Shown here: positions 13,853 through 25,070 of the stretch, one piece after another
Layout: each line of letters starts with the position of its first letter
How positions within the stretch are numbered: the stretch's first letter is position 1
Assembly (NCBI RefSeq): GCF_037042905.1
Contig: NC_087251.1
Coordinates: 26,910,001-26,974,000, forward strand
Source of the DNA: Lytechinus pictus
Lineage: Eukaryota
DNA: 64,000 nt
Direction of reading: 5' to 3'
Position numbers and translations under genes: made by a program
The notes under the pieces: generated by a model
Databases searched by the model: none
Seen by the model: the letters and a program-made list of their open reading frames with translations, nothing else
Told to the model about the DNA's origin: nothing

Positions 13853-14437
13853 CTTTTATGAAGGTGAGTCAGAGAGAAAATAATGGAGATAAGGAAATAA
13901 GTATTTTACATCAAAATGTGGTAGAGTATGAAGCCAGCTTCAGCAAACTTAAGGACAACTGCATTTCAAAAATGGGTTTTAGGTCATATTGCATAAAACT
14001 TTACTATTATCATCAGGTTACGATGGGAATAAATGAAACCTTAATAGTGATTGGCAGTTGAGCCATGTTACCATGACAATTACAATGATTTATGTAATGG
14101 AACTTTGTACATTATGCATTACCAGTACTGAAGTAATTACGCATTGTGGATAACATGTACACAATCATGGCATGTTTCCACATTACAGTTTTTCAATTAC
14201 TCGCAATAATCAATTGATAGCATTCATTAATATTTTATGAAATCCATAAATGTACCATCAATTCAATGCAATGTCATAGCATATGCAGTGTGACCATTTC
14301 TGGAGAAGGAAGGAATTATTGCTAGTTGCCATCTTAAAATGTCCTCTATGATGAGATTTTTTCAAGGCCATACTGCTTCATGGAAACGGCAAGTAATGGG
14401 ATTACGATCAGCTTGGACTTGACTTGCCATGACTTAC

Positions 14438-14677
14438 CTGACAGGAGTTGGTTCGAGTACCAGGACATCAGGAACCTCATATCTCGGTCTGATAGGACTC
14501 AGTTCATTGACTTTGAAGCGGACCATCCGATCCTCAAGGCCAAAGACCTCAAGACTGAGCAGGATACCATTCTTGGTGTTGAGAATATTCCCTCGCATCA
14601 CTCCATCAGACTCGATATGGAAGGAATCAAGGACAGCTGCATAGGGTGATTGGCCTTCGGGAATGTCCTTGTGTCGC
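14438..14677 (-). CDS. GANAB: GANAB exon
   Basis: RHKDIPEGQSPYAAVLDS...MVRFKVNELSPIRPRYEVPDVLVLEP, aligns with the human GANAB N-terminal domain as recalled; CAG/GTAAG. Confidence 0.93.
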
Positions 14678-16395
14678 CTGTATGAAGATTCAATATGCAA
14701 AGTTTATAGCATGTTTGACTACAATTGAGATACCCTAAATGTAACTGCGGATGGGATACATTTTTTGCCACATGGCTGCAAAAAGCAGATGAAATGAATA
14801 AACAGAAAGTGAATACAATATAGGTTATGAGTCTGATTGTGTAACACTGGAGAAAAAAAAGAGAAGAAAAGAGTTGGCACATAGATAGCACATTATAGTG
14901 CGATTATGAAAAATAACTTAAGTGATGTGGTTCTCATGTTCTATCTGAACACTAAAGAATGTGGGTACTTTTTGTATCTCTGAACAAGCATTTTGTATAC
15001 CACTCGAATTTGAGAAAAATGTCTAAAAATCAACTTGAAGTTATAATTATACAAAACATAGGGTTCCATGACATTTGCTCCACTCTAAATTCCACACACT
15101 AATCGAATTACCAACTTTAACCCTGGGTTCAACACTACACCCTAACCTAAACCTAACATATTGCAACCCTAACCCTAAATCTTAGATGAAATTAATCCCA
15201 GAGCAATTGTCGCAGGAGCAAATGTTGTGTCACCACAAATTAATTAGTAAAACCTATTTATCATTTATGAGCTTTCAAATACACCTCCTTAATGCCTAGA
15301 GAAGCAAAATATTACTCCATATTTGTTTGATAGAAATCATTCACACACATTTTTTATCCAACTTCCTTAGGAAAAACTCAATATCATCAGAGTACAAATA
15401 TCTCCTAAGGTACTTTACTGGATATACATTTGGGTCAGCACTCAACAAACATCAATCAACCTTCTTCTGTAACTGAAAGGATTACAACATTTATATTCCT
15501 TGCCTCAACAAAAGAACAATGGTATGACCTACGAACTAAAGTGTTTCAAACTTTATATTGATCCATTTTTTTTATTTGGAGCTCCTCAGTGAATGGTATC
15601 AGGTATATCTTATTAATTTAAACAGTGCTAGGTTATCTGCAAAGAAATATAGTGTAAGAATAATGAATTGGACATTTTAGTGTACATGTATACTTCAATT
15701 CATTCATAAAGAGGCTCTACATCCAAAAAGGCATATAAATACCCCTTTCCAATCTAGTTAAAGATTTTGACTGTGGAATCAGGCCCAGTCCAAAGTTTTA
15801 CTCTTTCCTTCCTGAGTTATGACCACTCTGGGCTCCGTAACACACAAATTTGCAATCAATCGCTAAATGGACTGACCTGATGGGTGTTTCATAAAGCTGT
15901 TCATAAATTTACACACAACTTAAGACACGACTGGAACATGATCTTAGGTCCTAACTCAATTACATAGGGATATATCACTTGGCAAGAGAAAGGGTTACCA
16001 GTCATGCATAAAGCCATTCGTAACCTATGAACAGCTTTATGAAACACCCACCAGGAACCAATCACAAATTTTCTTTCATATTTGCTATTCATCACTAAGC
16101 TTTGTATTACAGGGCCCTGGTCAGATCTCAAACATCTCAGTGCCCTAATAAAATGATATCATATTTTAATTTTTGCAGTCCAAAATGTGTTTTTTACCAG
16201 TAAAAAGGGCTCTTGATGTTAAAGTATCAATCATTCAAAATATAACTGATATTTTGTACTTTTTCATCGAAATTAAAAACCAAAGTGCTAAAACAAAAGT
16301 GTGTTATTTACCATTCTCTTTATTTTCCATTCTACTACTTTTCACATCATTAGATGAGAGATAATCCTTTATACATACTTGTTTTATGAACTTAC

Positions 16396-16508
16396 CTTGC
16401 AAAACCACACTGATCAACAGTTTTGAAATTGGACTTGTCAACTGCGTGTCCTACTTCAAATAGTAGCACAAGGGAAAGGCCAATCAAAGACAATTGTGCG
16501 AGACCCAT
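16396..16508 (-). CDS. GANAB: GANAB first coding exon (signal peptide); acceptor at 16513-16514 implies an upstream exon
   Basis: MGLAQLSLIGLSLVLLFEVGHA-VDKSNFKT: hydrophobic signal followed by the AVD(R/K)SNFKT mature start; GTAAG donor. Confidence 0.88.
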
Positions 16509-16759
16509 GTTCCTGGATGCAATGAAAAAGACAAATACAAGAGAGAGAGAATATAAACAAGGAATATTTCTTTTTATGCAAATATGATTCTATTTGCAGA
16601 ATCCTATGTATACAGGTTAAAGTTCAGATGTCACAAGTAACCTATCCGCTGCAAGCCACCCCTTCCCAAGTTCTCATTATCTCATACAGAATATCAACAG
16701 AAAAAGTAATTGTACCAGTACAAAGAAAGAAGTTTTTACAACAAAATAAGACAATCTGC

Positions 16760-18420
16760 TGCTACGAAATGACATTTGGTGGTTGTTTCTTATGACCAAA
16801 TCGCTATGATATTTGTAAGGTGGTAAGCAAAAATAAAAGGCATTACGGCATTGGAGAGTAACATCAAATTAAAAGTAACTCATTTTTCTCCTAATGCTCT
16901 AAGCATGGCATACTTTTGACCTTTTCATGTTTTTACATGCTATCATCTTTGACTCTCTTTTAATCAAACATATCTAATAATTTCCCCAAGTTTGGATAAG
17001 GGTACATACAATATGAAACAAATTAGTTTTGTCCATCAAGCCACATTTTAATGCATAAAGGGCAATTCCATAACATATGTACGTCCGACCCCCTATATGT
17101 GGGACCTTCATGAAATTGTCTATCTCTGATTTCATGTTCATTTGACAGTCTGTAATGTTCTCAAAGGACCATGACTTGGTCAGTTTATGAAGTGAAGTAA
17201 GACTTGAGAAAAATGGGTTCAGACGTACAAAAAGGTTGATCATTTTATGGAATCGCCCTAAAGTTTCTTGTTTTTATTGTCATAAATTCACTCCTGTCAG
17301 CAATATCAGCCACAGGCCTATTTAACAGAATATGCAGCTGTTAGGAATTTATATAACTGAATTTTTTTAAAGCATTTTACTTTTTGACACTCCCAAGAAA
17401 GCAGATGGCGCTGTAGCAGTTGTGCAAGAAATATGAAATTTTCATCTGAAAACTTGCTCAGAATTGAAAAGATATTTTCAGTAATAACAGAAGAGTGGAT
17501 GATACAAGGTGATTTCATGGAAGTGGATACAGACAACTTTGAAATTGAATTGATGATATTTGGGCGTGTTAAGAAACTATGTGATATAAAATCTAGACAA
17601 GTATATGATCACTTCATTGAAAAATTTCAAAATGATTATGTATTTCATGTTACAGATGGGCAATCTGAATATGATTTGGGAATGGGGGAACTGAAAGAAG
17701 TATTTTTGAGACTGAAATGGGCAATGCTAATGAATAAACACATAATTTCAATACAATTACAAGGGGCTGTACACGAAAACAGAACTTTTTAAATTTGGTT
17801 TTGAGACAGTTCATTTTTGTAAAAAAAGAAGTTGAGTCTTACAAAAAATCATTTTTTAATTGTCCTGAAATTAAGTGATTATGGGAAGAGATGAGTAATA
17901 TATTACAAATGAATAAACTTGGCAGTGACAGTTGGAAAACAATTTTCATGGGGATATCTGGAAATACTACAAGAATATCTTTAGAAAGTCAAAAAGGGGC
18001 CTAAGCTTTCGATCCTAGCAGAATCTTCGTCGGAGGCAAAATGACAAACATATAAAGTGGAACAACCATAATATAGACCACAAACAAGCTACAGCAACAC
18101 TAGAAACAAGGAGACAAAAGGGGCATTAGTGAGTAGAGAAGACCAATCAGGTTAGTGAAGGGAATGAAAGAAAAGGAGTAGGCAGACACAAAGGGAAGTT
18201 AGTGTAAGTAAGGCAAGAGGGATTAAGAATATCTTTAATAAATTGTATTATATTTTTAGTTCAAGAAAACAGGGAATATTGGCAACCGTACAGAAAGTGA
18301 CACATGTGGTTAAAGAATATAGAGATACGGAATATCAAATAGCGTTTAAAAAGAGGAAGCTGGGGGTGCACTTATAAAGAAAATGGGAACAAATCAGTGC
18401 ATACTTGTCTTAATGCTATG
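16760..18420 (+). pseudogene. Decayed L1/Tx1-type LINE ORF2 3' fragment
   Basis: ORF 17433-17792 (KSRQVYDHF...KEVF...LQGAVHEN) and downstream broken C/H-rich remnants resemble the zf-RVT end of L1/Tx1 ORF2; many stops; boundaries approximate. Confidence 0.55.
17984..18224 (-). mobile_element. Penelope-like retroelement end fragment with hammerhead-like motif
   Basis: 13-bp direct repeat AAGAATATCTTTA at 17971-17983 and 18225-18237; minus-strand GCCT-CCGACGA-A-GATTCTGCTAGGATC-GAAA-GCTT-AGGC. Confidence 0.65.
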
Positions 18421-18510
18421 GATGTCTTGGTTGCTTCATTTTTGTTTCTGTTTTGTTTTATTTGTTCAATACAGATAGATGTACCACAGCAGGATGCATA
18501 GTGTATGGGT

Positions 18511-20300
18511 TAGTATAATGCTGCAAGTCAGGCGCCATGTTCGGGGTCGGTTCGGTTCGGCAGAAAATTGCCGAACATTGGTTCGGTTCGGGGTTCGGTA
18601 ATGATAGACTGATAAAGTTATAGTTCATTCAGGTATACGTAGCGTACCGGTAGACAATTTGTACTTGATTGACTGCATGTGCTCGTGTGTCCTCTGTCAC
18701 ATCAAACCATTTTATCTCTATCTTGTTGACATGAAACTATGAAAGTTATAGCGCTCAACGAATCAACTGTTATCTCGAATTTGATTATCTGATGACAGAT
18801 TTATTGGGTAACTCACAGTTCTAAAATGGCGACTCTTCCTCGTCGTCCATACCTGGACCACACTTTGGATACTTGCCAAATTAACTACGCTCGCACTCGT
18901 ACCAGCTAGGCCAGCGCATGCAGTCCCCTTGTAGCGGGACTCTGAGCTCATGAATATTTATATTTACAGTCCGGCCAAACGTGATTGGCCATTGCATCAC
19001 ATACGAGGCGGCCAGCGCCAGTGCATTGAACTGCGCTGCAGGCATAGTAGGGCCAGGGGCGTGTCGAAGAAAGCGTGCTTATGTAATGCGCCTTTCGCTA
19101 ATTGGCTCGATGGGTGAACTAAACCACCAATCGCATGTGGCTGATTGTCGCATTGGTACATACAGCCACGTGCTTTGTCTGCCCGCGAAACTCAGCTCAC
19201 CGATTGAAGAGCAATTGCCGAGATTTCTATGATTTTATTGGTCAGATTTCATTCGACCATGAACATACAGACAAAGTGGGATGCAAAGTTTTACGACTGT
19301 AATGGGACAGGGGGAGTAGAGTGATCATCAAATTGTTTATGGTTAATTTGAGAAGTTGATAAGAAAGGGAAAAAAGTAAAGATTGGGGGTCATTTTCCCC
19401 CAAGAGATGAATGTTTCCGCTTTATCTTCATTCAACTTTTCAACAAGGGGAAGGGGATCTTGCTATATGCTAGACCGTAATCATTCATGAGTGTTTGATT
19501 TTTATTTTCATCTGATTGTTAATAATAAAAAAAATAACTTCACCTCATCTCATTTCTATATTATTTGTTTTGCGTCTCTCCTTTCCATTTTTAACAGTCA
19601 CTCACTTTATTTCCCACTTTCACTGGATCTCTCGTTTTCAATCATGAAAACTAGACAGTAGCGAGCCGACACCTCAATAATAATGTTAATCACCTCAATC
19701 AGATCTTTATTCTCCGCCGCAACAATACACGAGTTACGATCTTAATCACGTATCGTAATTCGTAATATTAATGGTACTTCATCTTTCACTTTCAGTTTAT
19801 TCAGCTCGTTCATTCAAAATACTTTGAAGATTTTCAAACAAGAATCTTGTTCGCCACCTAAAAACAACAATATTTAAATAATTAGATTTAACCAATGAAC
19901 ACTCATACAGTTTTGGTTTTCTTTACCATGCTTCGGCGATTCGGCCACAGAGCGAGAGATGATGAAAGCCAGTAAAATGATTATAGCGCAAGCTCGCGCA
20001 ACATCATTCATCGGATCTCCTTTCTTAATCAGGGACGTAAAAACCACAATGTCAACATGAAAATGAAAACAAAATCTAGTAACCGCAAAATAAGCGCATA
20101 CTTCCAACATACAATTGCAAAGAAGATTAGAGAATGCGCAAATATAATGATTAGAAAGGGTGTAAACTTATAAATTTATTAGCTGAAAGCCGTTTTTTTT
20201 TTTTGCCGAACTTCCGAACCAAGTCTTAGTGTTCGGTTCGGTTCGGAAGTGCCATGTTCGGCGAACTACCGTTCGGTTCGGCGGTTCGGCTACAGCACTA
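18511..20300. mobile_element. Non-autonomous hAT-like DNA transposon
   Basis: 8-bp TSD GTATGGGT (18503-18510, 20301-20308); TAGT termini; clustered subterminal TTCGG/CCGAA repeats at both ends. Confidence 0.8.
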
Positions 20301-21731
20301 GTATGGGTGTACATGTGTGGATGGATGTGTATTGTGACTGGGGGAAGGGAAGGGGGGTAGTGGTGATTTTAGAAGCGAGCATGTGTGAGTGTTTGGGGAG
20401 AGTGATGAGGGGGAGGGGGTAAGGTGAGTCACTGTAGGGATGTTTTAGGCAAAATAATCTTCCTCTAATTAACCTTTACAAATAATTTTTTATCCATTTT
20501 TCATTCTGTTAAAGAAAAAAAGTCATCCTTAACAGTTAACACAGTCTGTTTTATTTGTCAATTGATGTAATTTTTTTCTTCTTCTCTGTTTTCACATTGT
20601 TATGTAAGAGAAATTGGGCAGTCATATTTCATTTAATTCTGAAAATTTGTTAGACTAATCTCATTGATATTTATAATTTCTTTCTTTCATATACATGTAC
20701 AAAATCTTGATTTATAAGAATTGCTATTGTAAACTTTTTCCACTCCTACTATCTATCTAATTTACCCCTTACTAGCGTCTGTAACGTTGGCGAAGAACAA
20801 AAAGAAACAAGATGGCGGTGTAAACATCGCACAAGTTTTTCCTGTCTTTTCATAATATTTTTCTAGTTTTTTAATGAATTCTAGTTTAAAAATGAAATCA
20901 ATATTGTAGAAATGTCGGAAATGAAGATGTATCCCATTTACATGATTTAGGGCTAAAAGTTAGATCTAGATCTTTTAGAAGGAAAGTAGAAATCTCGGGG
21001 TGAAAGTTTCAGTTTTTTTCGCGGTACACGCATATGAATGGGACTCAATCCCTGGCTCTGTGCCTGTGGAGTGTAAGCACACGTTAGTGCATGACGTTTA
21101 CTCTCTAGTAACCCAGGGAGTTAGACCTCTGACGCATTCGTTCTCTGTATCGATCGGCCACTTTGGTTTCAATTTTGACAGAAGGAGAACGAACGAGACA
21201 GAACATTTCCTTATTTTGAGGGTCCAGTTTGTGCCTCGATGTCAGGATTCTGTTTTTCACGATAGACCTTCATCCATATAATCGAGGTAAGTGCATAATT
21301 TATATTTTCCCCTTTTATTTTGAGTGCTATTGCAACCCCATTCTACCCCATTTTGGAGAGCATAGACCCAGGGTGCGACATAAGCGCTTGCCCGATTGCC
21401 CGGGGCAAGTAGAAGTTAGAGTCGGGCAAGTGTTTTGAAGTAAAGACAAAAACTACTTGCCCGAATCGGGCAAGCAAAATTCTCACTGTGAAATGAAATT
21501 TTACAAAGTTTCCCCATACTTCACATGCAAAAATAAAGAAGAGAGAGAGAGAAAAAAAAACGAAGTTAACAACTTCCTTCAATTCAAATTGCAAGCCAGT
21601 TTGCGACATTTTTTGTGATCTACACACAAAAACACACACACAGAGTCAGCATACATACATGTGGCTGGTGCGCACAGCCTCCAGCCTGTGTGGCAGGCAT
21701 GCATGGATCTGCATGCTGCTGTGTACACCTG

Positions 21732-21888
21732 GGGAGTGTTTCATCAAGATTTTCATCCGACAAGTTGTCAGATCTGACATCTTTCTCTGATGTTGATTGG
21801 CTGAGAGGTACTGTTACTATGGTAACTGTCGGATAAAATGGGACTTGTCGGATAAAACGTCCGACAAGTCCTTTCATGAAACGCTCCC
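21732..21888. mobile_element. Harbinger-like MITE nested in the 21369-23220 element
   Basis: TIR GGGAG(T/C)GTTTCAT, 3-bp TSD CTG; second copy at 42883-43039. Confidence 0.8.
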
Positions 21889-22194
21889 CTGTACTATCCC
21901 CGATCAAACTCCGAATCAAAGTGAACAAGCTCACATGAAAAATACTTTTTCCAACAAAATAATCACAAAATCGGCGGGAATTTTTTTATACTTATATGGA
22001 TTCTCAGATTACTGATTTGGTGATGTGATCGGAGGAGCAAGTTATTGAGTTTTCATTACTAGTTTCAGTCGTTGTTTTGAGTGTTGTTGTGATCAGTGTA
22101 GTTTATTTTTCCAACAATTTTCAAAATATATTTTAAACAAAAAAAAATATCAGCAAGATTTTTGTTAGATTGCATTTTTGTTTTGTTTCAAATT

Positions 22195-23003
22195 TGAGCT
22201 TTCTTCCTCTTTCTTTCTTTCTTTTTCTTCCTTCCGTAAGTAATCCTTACTTGCTACCTTCCTTCATTCCTTCCTTTTTTCTTTCTTTCTTTCCTTTCTT
22301 TCTTTCTTTTCTATCCTTTCTTCATCCTTTCTTCTATCTTTCCCGCTTGCCATTTTTGTTCCATCTATCTTTCTTTTCAATCTTTCCTAGCTTTCTTTCC
22401 TGATCTTTTTTTCCCTCTCTCTGTTCATTTTTTTTCTGTCCTTCATTTTCTTACATGTACTTTCCTTCTTTTAAAAAAAATTCTTCATTTTTTCTTTACT
22501 CTTTTTTTTCTTTGCTTCCTTCTCCCTTCCCGACCTTTTTCCTTTTTTTTTTCTTTCTTTCCTTCCTTCTTCCATTATTTTTTTTATTATTCTCTCTTCA
22601 CTTCATTCTTTTCATCCTTTCCTTCTCTTTTTCCTTATTCTTTCTCTCCTTTTTTGCAATTTCCTTTCTGTTTTCCCCTTTCTTTCTTTCAGTCCTTCCT
22701 TCCTTCTTTCTTTCTTTCAAAAAATGAAGAAAATCTTTTTTCCTTCATTCTCTCTTTCATTCCTTTTTCTTACTTTCCCCCTCTCCATTCTTTCTTTCAC
22801 CCATTAATTCTTTTTCCCTTCCTTTCCTGTTCTTTTCTTTCCCTTTTTCTTTATCAATTCAAAGAATGAAGGAAACCTTTTTTTCTTTCCTTTATTCTTT
22901 CTTTTTTCTCCATTCATCTCGTTTTTCTTTTTTTTTTCTCCTTCAATCTTTCCTTCACCCATTCTTTCACCTTCCCTTTATCTTTCTTTCTTTCTTCCTT
23001 CCT
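22195..23003. repeat. Pyrimidine-rich low-complexity tract
   Basis: Degenerate (CTTT/CTT)n; source of spurious Phe/Ser/Leu ORFs. Confidence 0.9.
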
Positions 23004-23425
23004 TGAAAAAAAAATTACAAAGTACAATAGTTCACGTCTAAAGAGAGGAAAGGGGCAATGGTATATAAAACCATATTACTCTCTTTTGCAGCGGTAAAAC
23101 ATTATTTTGAAGGATTTTATTCGGGCAAGTGAAATGTATTTTCGGGCAAGTATTTTCCAACTATTTAGAAATTCACTTGCCCAACCGGGCAAGTGCTTCT
23201 AAAAGTTATGTAGCACCCTGATAGACCCTATCGCCTATGTCCACCTCGTATTACATGGACGAGTCCTGGGCTCCGGCCTGCTCTTCGTGGGCCGGAGCTC
23301 CCTGGGTTAACTCTCTAGGTCTAGGAGGCTCGGCATTATCCTGGTTTCAGTCACCACTCCATTCACTGCCGATCATTTCGTCAGCGGCGGTTGCCTGGAG
23401 GCTTCTGTGGAGTAAAAAACATCTA

Positions 23426-24071
23426 CTAACGTAGGCTTACTCCCCAATGAAGCCTGGGTCGGGTACCCATATCTGGCCATGGAGGCCATAAATTCCCACG
23501 GTGAAACTAGACCTAACTCACCAATTTTACGTTTTGTTTTGCGCCCAAACTAACGTACATGGGCAAAAACAATATTAACTCCCAGTTTTTAATAAAGTTC
23601 CTAATATTTATTAAAAAACCAAAAAATATTTATATATTTATAATATATATATATTCGGTCGATAAATATCATTAAAATTACTTTATATTTATCGACCGAA
23701 ACAAATATTTTATGATTCGTGATATTTATCGGCCGATACATTTTTCAAAATCTAAGTTGCAGCTCTACACGCGTGTGGTATCTAGGTATCGATAACAAAA
23801 GACTACAAAATGGCGACGTAAACAGACTGGGTAAGTGAACGCTCGTGCTCTAAATTTTTTTTCAATTTTACTACTATTTTTAAAATAAATATTAGGAACT
23901 TTATTAAAAACTGGGAGTTAATATTGTTTGGCCCATGTACATTAGTTTGGGCACAAAACAAAACGTAAAATTGGTGATTTAGGTCTAGTTTCACCATGGG
24001 AATTATCATGGCCTCCACGGCCAGATATGGGTACCCGACCCAGGCTTCATTGGGGAGTAAGCCTACGTTAG
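23426..24071. mobile_element. Long-TIR MITE flanked by TA
   Basis: About 190-bp inverted arms (CTAACGTAGGCTTACTCCCCAATG... / ...CATTGGGGAGTAAGCCTACGTTAG); internal small hairpin 23655-23699. Confidence 0.8.
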
Positions 24072-24085
24072 TACTATAGTAGGCC

Positions 24086-25025
24086 TAGCCTGGAGGTGTC
24101 TGGGGAGTGAAAGTATATACTGTACGTATGGTCACTCCCCTAACGCCTGGCGTTGTGATGTATAGACTCCTACGTACCGAGGGAAAAGGCAACTATAAAA
24201 ATGCGCCAAACTGCTAGTTATGTTTAGAATCTGAGGTCACCAATGCTGTACATGGGGAACAATATTGGTTGGCAATGTTTGGCAAAAAATGGATGGTAAT
24301 GGTTATAAAAAAGACGAATAAATTATATGAAGTAATAAAAGTAGAAGAGAGTTTACTTACACTTGTTGACATCGCCATCTTTGATCCTTTGTTAATGCAA
24401 CCTAGTTACGTGACGCGTATAGAGGGCGGCAAAATCATGAGCGGTGCTATCTTAAAAAGTGCTAAAATGTCCCGCTTCAACTGAACTATAAATACGTGGA
24501 AGTCGTGTACACCCAAGCAAAACATCGCCGGCGAACTCGATAAGTCACGTGACCGCCGCCATTTTGCTAGGTCAATTGTTCGAGAACGCGCCGTAGAAGG
24601 CAAGATGCAATATGTTTTCTCTATGTATTTCTAGTTCAGTGGTTGAAGCGGGACATTTTAGCACTTTTTAAGATAGCACCGCTCATGATTTTGCCGCCCT
24701 CTATACTAGGTTGCATTAACAAAGGATCAAAGATGGCGATGTCAACAAGTGTAAGTAAACTCTCTTCTACTTTTATTACTTCATATAATTTATTCGTCTT
24801 TTTTATAACCATTACCATCCATTTTTTGCCAAACATTGCCAACCAATATTGTTCCCCATGTACAGCATTGGTGACCTCAGATTCTAAACATAACTAGCAG
24901 TTTGGCGCATTTTTATAGTTGCCTTTTCCCTCGGTACGTAGGAGTCTATACATCACAACGCCAGGCGTTAGGGGAGTGACCATACGTACAGTATATACTT
25001 TCACTCCCCAGACGCCTCCAGGCTA
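24086..25025. mobile_element. Palindromic hAT-like MITE, copy 1
   Basis: About 410-bp inverted arms beginning TAGCCTGGAGG; 8-bp TSD AGTAGGCC; same ORF seen on both strands (24269+, 24842-). Confidence 0.9.
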
Positions 25026-25070
25026 AGTAGGCCTAGGTTTTTAATCCCCAGTCCCAGAAGCCTCCAGGCT

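Larger units (their letters stand above)
21369..23220. mobile_element. Non-autonomous DNA transposon (P-like or hAT-like) with pyrimidine-rich interior
   Basis: TIR CAGGGTGC(G/T)ACATAA; 7-bp TSD ATAGACC; subterminal CTTGCCCG/CGGGCAAG repeats. Confidence 0.8.

Noticed and set aside
15115..15180. Interstitial telomere (TAACCC-like repeats)
   Set aside because: Only a few degenerate units, inside a short inverted-repeat element (GACATTTGCTCC...GGAGCAAATGT).
23441..23490. Minus-strand ATG...GTAAG candidate for GANAB first coding exon (MASMARYGYPTQASLG)
   Set aside because: Lies in a TIR duplicated on the opposite strand, and its phase does not match the 16512 acceptor.
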